This document shows, in pieces, positions 26,047 to 36,090 of a DNA stretch of 64,000 bases (positions are counted from its first letter, which is position 1; each line of letters starts with the position of its first letter). The position numbers and the translations under genes are program-made. The stretch comes from a virus. A model generated the notes under the pieces. The model did no database searches. It worked only from the letters and a program-made list of their open reading frames with translations, and was not told the DNA's origin. The stretch spans positions 129,438 to 193,437 of the IMG/VR virus record IMGVR_UViG_3300027896_000010. One strand, written 5' to 3'.

Positions 26047-29000
26047 TTAATACAAATGTGGTAATGCTTCCGAAACGCCACTAACTCTGCTATCCACCCA
26101 TTCTTGCATGGACTGGTCGCTCCCCTTTTTTGGCATTCCTCGAATTATATTCCACTCTGCCTTGGCTGTGTCATCTGCTTGCCATGCGGCTTCCATATCT
26201 GATTGTGCGCTACTAACCTGCTTATTTCGTGCCGTATTCAACCACGCACGAAGGCTCCCTAATTCATCTGGGCTAATACCTGCAACAAGTGTTAGCGTTG
26301 TTGAATTCTGGGCATCAATCCCGAACTGGTGCTGTATCCCAGTTATCGTGAACATCATGTTCTTACTTTCCACAAAAACTTGGTCAAAGAATTCTGGCCC
26401 GGGCATTAATATCGTCGTGCATTGCGCTGTGCATCGCATACGGTTTGCCTCTACAAATTTATACATAGCATATCTAGCACATTGCTGGCGATTATGTAAG
26501 AACTTGTTGTCATAAATAGTTTTTCTTATCCCGAATTTATTACATATTTCTCGTGGGCTTGCTCCCTTGTTCCATGCAAAGACGGTGGCGTTCATGTCCT
26601 CCACAGTACACTGCCCAGTTTCCATAGCATCAGGAGTAAATGGCGTATCATCAACTGCCCAATCCCAGTTGATATCTCCAACCACAAAAGCATGGGTCAC
26701 CATATCTCTATCGGTTTTCATTAAAGTACAGTCAAGAGTCATCTCTTTAGGGATATAGAATTTGGGGTTCGAAAAATATCTGGGGTGTCTCGCTATGAAC
26801 CTGCCCATCCCATCGGCCCAGAAATGATAGCCACCATAGTCGATAGATTCTTTCATCAAATCAATAATCTTTACCTCATCAAAGAATGGCAATTTCATGG
26901 CCTTAGAGAACTGCCTATTTTCTGTCTTAGTAATCCATTCTTGAGCGAAGATATAGGGACTGAATTCCATATCAGAATAAGTAAGGTCGCCCTTGCCAGA
27001 AGTTTGAGCCTGTTGCAAAAGTAACCCGGGGTCTTCGAATTTCCCAGTGAGACCATAGGGACTAAAACGGAATGATAATCTAGGAGACTGAGTGTTTTCG
27101 TCTACCCCAGAAGCGCCTATCGTGCCTATCGTATCACCGGGCTTAACCTTGCTACCTGACTTAACCGCTAAGTCGCCTTTGTCTTCACCAAGATGGGAAT
27201 AAAAGAAATAGCATTTCATAGCAGAAGTAGAAGGAGCACCCGTATCCCCTGTGATGCCATTCTCACTTCTCCATTTTGCAGTAGTTGCATCCGTATAATC
27301 CTTCTCTTGGGGATACTTATCTTTCAATTCATCATGATGGTCCCAGTAATATTGACGGGCATTTTGTTCAATTGAAACCTGCTGTTGGGTCTGAGACACT
27401 TGGTCATCAGCTTCAATAATAACTCTACGTCCGATGCCAGCCTGTACTTTCGAAAGGTCGGCTGACACAACAGTCCCATAACAACATGACACGGCTAGCC
27501 ATCCATCATAAAGACATTCCGTTTTGTCCTTATATGCTATCTTGGTGTCCAAAGCGCAATCATTACCCTTTTTACTCAAATAATCTAACTGCTTATTGGT
27601 CAGTTGACTATTTAAGTTATCTTTTAGGTTTTGAGCCGCTTGGGCTTCACTTTGCTGTTGAGGAGTCTGTAATGCTACAATACCATCCGTAATATCTACA
27701 GTCTCAGTTCCCACAACCTGTTTTACAGCATTAACCCAACTCTTGCCCTTCGCCATGGCGTCATCTATCTTCTTATTAATGGTATCTTTTTCTTCTTGAG
27801 ACATTGTTAAATTCCCTTTACGAGTAGGAATAAAAGTCACTTCGTCTTTTTCATTGTCTATCATTAAATCCTTATAGAAATCTGAATGCCCTACTCTCAC
27901 AATTGGATAGACCATGTCTGGTCTTACGAACTTGCTATTTTCAAGATTCTGCTTAATCTTTTTCATCTTAGCTACGGCATCCCCAAACTCTCCACCTAAG
28001 ACATTCTTATCTAACCATTGTGCTAAGGTATTAGCATCGGTTTTCCCATCCAAAAGCTTTTTCTGTAAAGCCTCTATTAATGCCATAGATTCTTTTTTAG
28101 CTGTGCTTGCATCACTATTAGAAAAGATAGACTGGAGGTCATGCAGGATGAATAATCCTGTGCCAAAATTCCACAGCTTAGTAAAATTCGATTCATTATA
28201 ACCCATCTTGTCTCTCAAATTTTGTACTGCGTCAGGATGGTCAAAAAGATTCTCGGTTGGAGGATAGCCATTATCATGCTTAAATTGCTCTTCTGCCTTC
28301 TGCTGAGACATTCCGTCAACTAGGACATATGTAGCCATTTGATAGGCTTGTAGATTTTGAGCCGCTTCACGAACACTATCGTCTACTGAGGATGTGTCCT
28401 TTCCGGTTACTCCCGCTGCGGCTTGTGCAACTACGGCTTTATCCCCAGCAACATTGTCAGGGTTCTCAATATAATCAGCTACAGCTTTTGCAATATCACT
28501 GGCACCATACTTGCCATCTACACCCTCTGGGGTAACTGGTTGCCATTCATCCCATCTACCCGGGAATCCCTCCATATCTTCCATAGGCTCGACTTGAACA
28601 TCTTGTGGCAGAAACCCAGCTTTCTTGGCGAAGAATTCTATGTATTTATTGACAGGTTCAAATGACGTTACCGTTTTAAGTAGTGTCTCGTCACCCGGAG
28701 AAACTGTATAAACCTGAAACCGTTTGGCTACGTCATAGCATTGGAATATTAATTCGCCACCCTGCATTATCGGGTCTTTATCAGAAATGTCCTGAATGAA
28801 CCCTGTAAACACCTGTTTGAAGTCTCCTACTGCCCCCTTCAGGAAGACAGCCACCATGTCCATAGCTTCAAAAGCATTGCTAAAAACATAACCAGTATTG
28901 TTAAGGGTGAAAGTCAAACTAGCCGCCCCATCCTCTTCCTTATTCAGGGTTCCCATGCCTGTCATGGCATTAGTAACTCGCCATAGATTGCCAGTCTTCG

Positions 29001-29229
29001 ATACATATCTGGGGTCGCTACTATACTTAGGGCCGGGAGACATCCCAATAGTTTTAATGAAAATTTCATATAGAGGTCGATAAGCAAAGTTAGGCCCTCG
29101 CAATGCATACCCTGCTCCCTCAGAAAACTGACCACCCATTTGTTGCCCAGTAGTTTTAATAGCCTTAGGAACAGGAGCGCCAGATGGCCCTATAGGATTC
29201 ATTGCCTCTTTCGTCTGTTCAAATACCAT
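26047..29229 (-). CDS. baseplate hub protein with inserted M23-peptidase-like domain
   Basis: Hub-like N-terminus (VFTGFI...CYDVAKR) and C-terminus (FWADGMGRF, FTITGIQHQF); YSHL...VKSGSKVKPGDTIGTIGASG M23 signature. Confidence 0.75.
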   Translation of the reverse strand: MVFEQTKEAMNPIGPSGAPVPKAIKTTGQQMGGQFSEGAGYALRGPNFAYRPLYEIFIKTIGMSPGPKYSSDPRYVSKTGNLWRVTNAMTGMGTLNKEEDGAASLTFTLNNTGYVFSNAFEAMDMVAVFLKGAVGDFKQVFTGFIQDISDKDPIMQGGELIFQCYDVAKRFQVYTVSPGDETLLKTVTSFEPVNKYIEFFAKKAGFLPQDVQVEPMEDMEGFPGRWDEWQPVTPEGVDGKYGASDIAKAVADYIENPDNVAGDKAVVAQAAAGVTGKDTSSVDDSVREAAQNLQAYQMATYVLVDGMSQQKAEEQFKHDNGYPPTENLFDHPDAVQNLRDKMGYNESNFTKLWNFGTGLFILHDLQSIFSNSDASTAKKESMALIEALQKKLLDGKTDANTLAQWLDKNVLGGEFGDAVAKMKKIKQNLENSKFVRPDMVYPIVRVGHSDFYKDLMIDNEKDEVTFIPTRKGNLTMSQEEKDTINKKIDDAMAKGKSWVNAVKQVVGTETVDITDGIVALQTPQQQSEAQAAQNLKDNLNSQLTNKQLDYLSKKGNDCALDTKIAYKDKTECLYDGWLAVSCCYGTVVSADLSKVQAGIGRRVIIEADDQVSQTQQQVSIEQNARQYYWDHHDELKDKYPQEKDYTDATTAKWRSENGITGDTGAPSTSAMKCYFFYSHLGEDKGDLAVKSGSKVKPGDTIGTIGASGVDENTQSPRLSFRFSPYGLTGKFEDPGLLLQQAQTSGKGDLTYSDMEFSPYIFAQEWITKTENRQFSKAMKLPFFDEVKIIDLMKESIDYGGYHFWADGMGRFIARHPRYFSNPKFYIPKEMTLDCTLMKTDRDMVTHAFVVGDINWDWAVDDTPFTPDAMETGQCTVEDMNATVFAWNKGASPREICNKFGIRKTIYDNKFLHNRQQCARYAMYKFVEANRMRCTAQCTTILMPGPEFFDQVFVESKNMMFTITGIQHQFGIDAQNSTTLTLVAGISPDELGSLRAWLNTARNKQVSSAQSDMEAAWQADDTAKAEWNIIRGMPKKGSDQSMQEWVDSRVSGVSEALPHLY

Positions 29230-29245
29230 GTCTTGACCTCAAGGC

Positions 29246-30148
29246 TTAAGTAGTACCATATTCATTAGGGTCTACTCCTTTATAGCCACCAACTGAGCCT
29301 GTCGAACTATCAATGCCACCAAGCCCAGACTTTTGACCGCCAATTGATGCATTAGCGGCTTTAAGGGCATCTGCTCCAGTACTTTCTCTATCAAGTGCTG
29401 TACCACTCTGCCCATAATAATCAGCGACAGTCGTGTTAGCATAATCTGTTTCTGTAATATTAGGGATAGCAATAGTCGCACCGGGAATTGGTTCTCCTGT
29501 TGGGGATACAGAATTGGGCTGAATCTGTGCATTATAAGACCGCAAATAACCTGCGAATGCTCTTGAACCATAAGCGGCTTGTGCCATCCCCGCGAATGTG
29601 TCTGCCGATTGTGCAGTAATATTGGTTTGCCCACCACTTACCATGGTTCTTGCAGTATTGAAATCGCCCTGCCCCATATTCATATCGCTCGGATTCATGC
29701 TTCTCCCTGCCAAACTTGGGTTACTCAGGTCACCCAGAATTACAAAATTGACACCAAAAGTCCAACGCCATGGCTTTTCCCAAGACTCGGTATAAGTAAC
29801 AGAAGTTATGATTACCTCAAAGTCTTCACCACGCATCGGATTTACATACCTTACTGTATCTCGTTTCTTTTGTTGGTGACGCCATATGTTCTTTAATCTC
29901 ATTACGGTTCCAATAGAATTCTTGGTGGTCTCTCCCGCCCAAGTTAACTCTACTGGTTTCTCTGGGCCTAGCTGGTAAACAACACCACCCTGAGTATCTA
30001 GCTCCATTGTTCGAGTAGTGATTGTATATGTCATTGACTGTGGGTTAATAAACACATCCAAGCCAGCGATATTGACCCTCTCTAGTGGAGCCATCGCATT
30101 AACTGGATTAGGCCCACCACCCAATACCGTTGCAGGAGTTTCAGGCAT
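29246..30148 (-). CDS. tail tube initiator-like protein with LysM-like domain
   Basis: VFINPQSMTY N-terminus; DTFAGMAQAAYGS...YN...PGATIAIP LysM pattern; follows the tape measure gene. Confidence 0.7.
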   Translation of the reverse strand: MPETPATVLGGGPNPVNAMAPLERVNIAGLDVFINPQSMTYTITTRTMELDTQGGVVYQLGPEKPVELTWAGETTKNSIGTVMRLKNIWRHQQKKRDTVRYVNPMRGEDFEVIITSVTYTESWEKPWRWTFGVNFVILGDLSNPSLAGRSMNPSDMNMGQGDFNTARTMVSGGQTNITAQSADTFAGMAQAAYGSRAFAGYLRSYNAQIQPNSVSPTGEPIPGATIAIPNITETDYANTTVADYYGQSGTALDRESTGADALKAANASIGGQKSGLGGIDSSTGSVGGYKGVDPNEYGTT

Positions 30149-30166
30149 ATCTTATCTCCTTATCAT

Positions 30167-32104
30167 CTACTGATTGCCATATAGTCCACTGCCCTTTTGC
30201 ATAGAATAGTCTGCTTCAGCGGAAGCATTGGTTTTAAACACAGTTGCCTTAAACTGGTCAGAAGGCTCAATCTTAACTGTTAACCCGCCCTGAGTTGCTG
30301 TCAAACTACCATCGCTACCCTGATTAACATTCAACTGGACTCCACCATACGTTTTTTCCGAAGCCGCTACCTTTTTGGTTGCACCTGATTCTGCCCATCC
30401 AGCCGCCGCATTTGTACCTGACTCCATCCACTCTCCCATCTGAGTGCCTATCCCCATAGGAAGATTCTTGACAATATGGGCTATGCCCCCTCCCCACTTT
30501 CGTATACCTGCGGCTACTCCTGCTGGCCCCTTCATAATAGCCGCCGCCCTTCTGGCTTTGATATCCATTTGATGGGCAACCTCTGCTGGGGACCCCATAC
30601 CCCCCATTCTGTAGTATTCTATTGCTTGCTCTATATCTATGCCAAATTTTCTCTGCAAATATTCGACGCCAGCAGTCTCATTAGCGCCAAACATTCTATG
30701 AGCATAAGCCGCCTCTGCGGCTATATATGCCGTCCCTGCTTGACCTGTATCTTTAGGGCCACCCATTGATGGTGGGCCTATCTCACTAAGAGGCACCTGT
30801 AATCTCTGTGCCGCTGCTTTATATTCCATAACGGTGGTTGGCATCTGTGCAATAATCTTAGATGCATCTGTCATCCCCGGCACCATTGTTCTCAAGCCCT
30901 GAGTCATAGAGGTGGCGGCTTGCAATGACATAGCTCCATAACCATGAGCTTGCAATTCCTTAGCTCCCTGCAATGCTGATTGGGTAAACTGTTCCACACT
31001 CATACCAGAGGATAGAGCCGCCCCAGCCATATAATCCATATTTTTAGTAACATCTTTGGTCGATGTCCCAAGAATTTCATATTGATATGAAAGCAAATCG
31101 GTTGCCGTTGATGTAGTCATACCATAGCCATATATGGCTTTCGCAGATTGCCCTACTGCCGCCCGTAATTCCCTAAACTCAAGACCAGACTGGGCAAGAG
31201 CGGTTATCGCTTGGCTAACCTCATCAAGTCCAGCCATGCTATATACCCCAGCGGCAGCAGCCGCACCCGCCCCTATGCCCGGACCGCCTATCATACCGAC
31301 ATAATTTTTAGCGGTTTGTGTAACCATTGGCATAATTATTTTATTAAGAGCCTTGCCAGTTTCCATAACCCCAGCGACAATTAACCCAACAGGTCCTGCC
31401 ATCATCGCTTCAGACCCAGCCATTCCACCAGCAAGCTCTTCGGCTGTTGCGGGGCCAGATGCTCCCGGGGTAACCTGTCCAAGTAAATCTTCTATGTCAC
31501 CAACTTCCGCTCCACCACCCGGAGCGGTAGGAATACCCGTAGAAGCAGTCAGCCCTCTCTGCTTGAGTTGTTTATTCATATACAATTTACCAACATAATT
31601 CTGAACGGCACCAGACTGAAAAGCAGATTTCCAGATTCCTCCACCCATCCTATTAGCCAGAGGGCCTAAAACAGTTTGCCCTATGTCTGTTTCCGTTATC
31701 GCTCTTTCTGCCTGTCCTCTAAGCCCACCATCACCACCGCCAGCCTGAGTACTTATCTCCCCACCGATACCGTAAGTCCCGGGTGGGCGATAATTGGTTC
31801 CAACAGGCCCCCCAGCGGTAGGGGCAGGAACAGTAGCATAATAAGTGCCACCCGGGCCAGTAGGCCCAGTAGGATAATGGTCAGCTATACTCTTTGCAAT
31901 AGCCTTTCCTATTCTGCCTGTAATAGTAGTATCATTCTCTAAAGAATCAGCAATGCCAGCAGAAATCTTCTTGCCCATATCAGCAAAGACTTGATTCATG
32001 CTATCGCCAAAGATAGTACCCAAAGCCGTACTGAGATTATTTCTCATCTGCTCTTCTACAAACACAATGTTTGCTGTTAGGGTGATATCATAATCAGTAG
32101 CCAT
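30167..32104 (-). CDS. tape measure protein (short)
   Basis: Ala/Gly/Met-rich helical protein directly after the tail chaperones. Confidence 0.75.
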   Translation of the reverse strand: MATDYDITLTANIVFVEEQMRNNLSTALGTIFGDSMNQVFADMGKKISAGIADSLENDTTITGRIGKAIAKSIADHYPTGPTGPGGTYYATVPAPTAGGPVGTNYRPPGTYGIGGEISTQAGGGDGGLRGQAERAITETDIGQTVLGPLANRMGGGIWKSAFQSGAVQNYVGKLYMNKQLKQRGLTASTGIPTAPGGGAEVGDIEDLLGQVTPGASGPATAEELAGGMAGSEAMMAGPVGLIVAGVMETGKALNKIIMPMVTQTAKNYVGMIGGPGIGAGAAAAAGVYSMAGLDEVSQAITALAQSGLEFRELRAAVGQSAKAIYGYGMTTSTATDLLSYQYEILGTSTKDVTKNMDYMAGAALSSGMSVEQFTQSALQGAKELQAHGYGAMSLQAATSMTQGLRTMVPGMTDASKIIAQMPTTVMEYKAAAQRLQVPLSEIGPPSMGGPKDTGQAGTAYIAAEAAYAHRMFGANETAGVEYLQRKFGIDIEQAIEYYRMGGMGSPAEVAHQMDIKARRAAAIMKGPAGVAAGIRKWGGGIAHIVKNLPMGIGTQMGEWMESGTNAAAGWAESGATKKVAASEKTYGGVQLNVNQGSDGSLTATQGGLTVKIEPSDQFKATVFKTNASAEADYSMQKGSGLYGNQ

Positions 32105-32109
32105 ATGAT

Positions 32110-32555
32110 TTACCTCTTATCATCTTGGCGATATATACTGCCATCTTCCTCTAATGGCGATATCAAATCTGGCATGTCATCATCATCAACTGGGAAGGAA
32201 GGAAGTTTATTCATTTCCATAACCAATTTTTCGAAGTCTTCCTTCTCTACATCTGGCAACTCGACGTATTCATACTCTGCGCCCTCTGCCGCTTCCAGTT
32301 CTTCCTCTTGCTCTGCCTTCCATTCCTTATATGCTTTTGGCTGAAGCATGAGAAACATAAACTCGGCAAAATCATTAAGCTCCTTCCTCAGTGTCTTGGT
32401 CATGACAAACTCATTCTCTTCAACCTTATCAGTCTTATCCATCATCTCGACAGCCTCTATGATGGCGAGTTGAGACCAAGATAGTTCTTTGTTATCAAAA
32501 TATCCCCGTTTTGATAGGGAGCGAACCCGGGAACGAAACTCCGACTCCCTTAATC
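32110..32555 (-). CDS. tail assembly chaperone, frameshift extension (T segment)
   Basis: The -1 frame is open from the slippery site at 32556-32562 into ORF 32110..32445 (RLRESEFRSRVRSLSKRGYFDNKELSWSQLAIIEAVEMMDK...). Confidence 0.8.
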
Positions 32556-33143
32556 TTTTTTTAACTCCTCGAAATAGAGGCTCTCTTTATCAAGTAGTGG
32601 CAACCATGCCTTATCATAAATCTCAACAAGGGCTTGCTCACTCCACTTCTCAATAACCCTTCTCGCCATGCGATACTTTTCGGCTGGAGATACAACCGTT
32701 TCAAGTTCAGGGGCAACTGGTTCGCCATCTATGCTCACAATAGCTCGTGCGAAAGTTTCAATGAGGGTCAGGAGCTTGTAACTCTCCAATCCCAATAGAG
32801 AGCCTGTCCTCTCTACGTTACGAGCTATAAGAGCCTTCTCACCAGCGGATAATGTCCTAACCCTGATGGTCATTTTGCCACCAAATATCGGAAATTCATC
32901 CTCGACGTTTCCAGTCATCAGCATATGGTCAGAAGCCTCACCCAACTTAAGTTCTTCAAGCATACTTTTTTGCTGTTTGATTGAGTCAGGAGGGGCTTCA
33001 AATATTTCCTCAATATCAGCTTCTTCCTCTACCATCTCTTTCGCAATAGCCTCATTGATTTCTTTATCAATCTCTTCTTGCAAGAAATCATCCTCTTCAT
33101 CATAGACCCCATAGACTCCATCGCCAACCTGTTCTTTCGCCAT
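32550..33143 (-). CDS. tail assembly chaperone (G segment)
   Basis: Start MAKEQV at 33143 behind AAGGAGG; IRVRTLSAGE...ARAIVSIDG; lies between tube and tape measure. Confidence 0.8.
   Translation of the reverse strand: MAKEQVGDGVYGVYDEEDDFLQEEIDKEINEAIAKEMVEEEADIEEIFEAPPDSIKQQKSMLEELKLGEASDHMLMTGNVEDEFPIFGGKMTIRVRTLSAGEKALIARNVERTGSLLGLESYKLLTLIETFARAIVSIDGEPVAPELETVVSPAEKYRMARRVIEKWSEQALVEIYDKAWLPLLDKESLYFEELKKD
32556..32562 (-). other. -1 programmed ribosomal frameshift slippery site A AAA AAA
   Basis: TTA AAA AAA GAT TAA; hairpin GGGAG...CTCCC starts 6 nt downstream; open -1 frame. Confidence 0.8.
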
Positions 33144-33267
33144 TACCTTCCTCCTTTTCTTTGTCCCGATACACAAAACGTGGATAGCTTCGTGGGCAAC
33201 TCGATTTCTCAAAATGCCTTGGATGCTATCCACGATTTTCGGCTATACAGACTTATTCAATTTAGAA

Positions 33268-33302
33268 CATGGGGAGTCGGAATTTTAGCCCCGACCCCCA
33301 TG
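33268..33302 (-). terminator. stem-loop after tail tube gene (terminator or mRNA stabiliser)
   Basis: CATGGGGGTCGG...CCGAC(T)CCCCATG inverted repeat; weak T tract. Confidence 0.55.
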
Positions 33303-33314
33303 AGGAACACTAAT

Positions 33315-33755
33315 CTATCGCACCCTCTTCTTGTACTCGTATATAATGACTGTGTGCTGCTTGAGACGAGGCGCACGTTGCTCTTCAGTGAAATCAGGAG
33401 TACGTGTTTCTGCGGAGAACAAACATCCAGTATAAATGTTGATTGCAACCGTTCCGTTAGGCTTCATTATATACTCTTCTGCGACGAAGGGGTCCATAAT
33501 ATCAGCCAACTTGTCAACAGGATAACCAACCGCATCCTGAAGTTCTGAGTCCCACAAAATGAACCTTTCCAGTTCAATCTGACCGCCCTTATAAGCCCCT
33601 CTGGCATTCTCATTTGGTATAGGCCCATCACGACCAATTTCGTAAGCCAAAGTAGGTTCGACCTGAGGCTCACCCTGATTCCATTTTGTAACGTAACCAA
33701 CAGGTCGTCCGTTAATCTTAATACTGATTGCTCGGACTAGCCTAATCTTACCCAT
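33315..33755 (-). CDS. tail tube protein
   Basis: 146 aa directly after the sheath; IKINGRPVGYV...EIG...IELERF pattern. Confidence 0.8.
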   Translation of the reverse strand: MGKIRLVRAISIKINGRPVGYVTKWNQGEPQVEPTLAYEIGRDGPIPNENARGAYKGGQIELERFILWDSELQDAVGYPVDKLADIMDPFVAEEYIMKPNGTVAINIYTGCLFSAETRTPDFTEEQRAPRLKQHTVIIYEYKKRVR

Positions 33756-33791
33756 TATGCGTCACCACCTTGTTAGTGTATCGTCGTTTCA

Positions 33792-35381
33792 TTAAATTCC
33801 TCCCAGTCCCTTGTCAGCCGCAGCTTCGGCGGTTTGACTAGTCATGAGCTTTGGGTTAATCGTGAATTCGATGGTAATATAATTCAATGGATAAGCCGGA
33901 CAATATTCGTATTTGACAAGCACTTCTGTCGGCAAATCAGGATTCGCTCGTGCCTTCACATTCTGGAAATCATAGATAATTCCAGCGTCTTTCAGCAACA
34001 CAAGCATCGCATATGTCATAGAAGCTATTGACATGAAAGTCGTGCTAACCATCGGCTGGCCGATGAACGCTTCTTCCAGCCTCGCCCTAAGATACTTGCA
34101 CATGTAATGCTTGGCTCTAACAATGGATGGCTCAGTCCTTTCAAGGCGGGTGGTGTCACAGGTCAAACCGTGGCGAACCCTCAATCCCCCGGGCTTAACC
34201 TCCATTACTGTACAACCCTTGGAAGCAACTGTATTCTGCTCTAGCGGATGATACGAATCGCCAAGGTCATGGAAGATATCTGCCTTCTTGCGAGTAAGTG
34301 GCATCTGCGGGTCATTGTGGGCTAGTATGCCAGCAAGATAAGCAGCAAGATAGTTACCATCTAGCTGTTCACCATAGCCCTCTGTGCCATCGAAAGGATT
34401 CTTCTTCCTGTAATTGAACCAATCAACTCCCGGTGGGCAAACATAGATTTCCTCTTCCCTATCTTTGCCCCAAATATGAGTCGTGGCAGTATTCATCATG
34501 TCAGGCATATAAGGGTCGTCACTAAAGATATCAAGCCCGTATATATCTGACCATATCCAGATACGCTCCATCCTGCCAACTTCACTGCACATATCAGAAA
34601 GATGATTATCCATGTAACCGTAAAGCTGTTGCGCCTTACCATCTGAGTCGCCCTCTAGCGGAGTATAATCTTTAAGCGCAAACTCAGTTTGTGTCACTAC
34701 GATATCAACGTCTTCCAACGCAAGCTTTTCGTCTATAGTGATTCTCCAATCCTCATTGGTGATTATTTCATCTCCTGTTCCATCAAGATGGGGGTCAATC
34801 GGGAAGCATTTCACCCAAGGAGCATTCTGGAGAGCAAATCCAGCAGACAGCACCATTGGACTCTGTATATGACCGTCAGCATCAAGAGGGTCTCCGTAAA
34901 ACCCTATGACATCGTCGTAATCATAGAAATCTTTTGGCGCATAGAACTTCTGGCCCTGAGGAAGATGCGTATAGGTAATAAGAATCCAAGTGTCTTCATC
35001 GGCTATTGGATAGGTGGCCGAACCCTCTTTCAAGAACGTAATCGCCCCAGTCTCATAATCTATGGTGTAATCTGTATTTTCAAGGAAATAGGTAGGAGTT
35101 GTCTCATGTGACATCAAAACCGTATGGATAAGCACAGGGCAAGCAGCACCTGATTCATCTGTGACCACAACCCTGCCATACGCTAGTTGATATACCCAAT
35201 CATCCCCCGACTTTGTATACGGGGTGGTATTCTTAATCTCTTCTCCATTAGTCGTGAGATAATGCTCCGTAACACGACCAAGAATCGCTATACACGCAGG
35301 TCGGTAAAAGGGCGCAGGTGTTGAAGGAGCCACCCCCTCCCTTGTGTAGACCCCCGGAGGCCTATAATCAATCGTTACCAT
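33792..35381 (-). CDS. tail sheath protein
   Basis: YRPPGVYTRE N-terminus; C-terminal RVRHGLT...EPSIVRAKHY...YCPAYPLNYITIEF. Confidence 0.9.
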   Translation of the reverse strand: MVTIDYRPPGVYTREGVAPSTPAPFYRPACIAILGRVTEHYLTTNGEEIKNTTPYTKSGDDWVYQLAYGRVVVTDESGAACPVLIHTVLMSHETTPTYFLENTDYTIDYETGAITFLKEGSATYPIADEDTWILITYTHLPQGQKFYAPKDFYDYDDVIGFYGDPLDADGHIQSPMVLSAGFALQNAPWVKCFPIDPHLDGTGDEIITNEDWRITIDEKLALEDVDIVVTQTEFALKDYTPLEGDSDGKAQQLYGYMDNHLSDMCSEVGRMERIWIWSDIYGLDIFSDDPYMPDMMNTATTHIWGKDREEEIYVCPPGVDWFNYRKKNPFDGTEGYGEQLDGNYLAAYLAGILAHNDPQMPLTRKKADIFHDLGDSYHPLEQNTVASKGCTVMEVKPGGLRVRHGLTCDTTRLERTEPSIVRAKHYMCKYLRARLEEAFIGQPMVSTTFMSIASMTYAMLVLLKDAGIIYDFQNVKARANPDLPTEVLVKYEYCPAYPLNYITIEFTINPKLMTSQTAEAAADKGLGGI

Positions 35382-35436
35382 TTTGTTTCCTCCTTTAGGC
35401 CATTCGCCAGCCCAAAATCATTATTGGTCTTTCCCA

Positions 35437-36090
35437 TTAGGATAGCCCTTGTGGTGGATACCAATATCCATCTGGCATCGGGTCATCTTGCCTTATGTCG
35501 TAAACAACCAATCCTACAGACTCTACGACATTTCTTACCGGGTCTCTGCGAACCCAACACTCTCCTGATACCTGAATTGTCATAGTCTCTGTATGGATAA
35601 TATCCTGAGACTCATCTGGCATTGATGTCTCGTTATCTCCAGCCCAAGTATGTACAATTTCGAACTCTACGCCATGCCCATGGAGAAATGACCTAAGTGG
35701 TCTGCTCCACATCAGCACCTTTGTGATTTCATCACAAATAGCATCTCGTTCGTTCGTAGTTCTCGCCCCAACATTTATGTTCAACTTGCCATCAAATAGA
35801 TAACCATCGCTCCTATACTGTTCCAAATCTGACCCTTCACCCATCGGTTCGCCAACTCTGATATCAAACCAATATAGATAATCATCACCTATATTCGATG
35901 GGTGCAGATAACAATCTGCCCAACTTACTACTACCCCCTGAAACTCAATCTTCGTATAAGGGAATTGTCCAGTAATCACCAAATCTGGATAAACTGGGTG
36001 ATTGCTATCAAAGTTCTGTCGGAAAGCTTCTATGAACAGGTCTTTAACCTGCATTTTCACAAAACCATGAGGCTCTGTATGCTCAGCCAT
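35437..36090 (-). CDS. putative tail terminator/completion protein
   Basis: Immediately upstream of the sheath; NINVGARTTNERDAICDEI pattern. Confidence 0.6.
   Translation of the reverse strand: MAEHTEPHGFVKMQVKDLFIEAFRQNFDSNHPVYPDLVITGQFPYTKIEFQGVVVSWADCYLHPSNIGDDYLYWFDIRVGEPMGEGSDLEQYRSDGYLFDGKLNINVGARTTNERDAICDEITKVLMWSRPLRSFLHGHGVEFEIVHTWAGDNETSMPDESQDIIHTETMTIQVSGECWVRRDPVRNVVESVGLVVYDIRQDDPMPDGYWYPPQGLS

Noticed and set aside
21160-35381. Extracellular contractile injection system or tailocin
   Set aside because: Portal, protease and capsid genes are in the same cluster, so this is a phage tail
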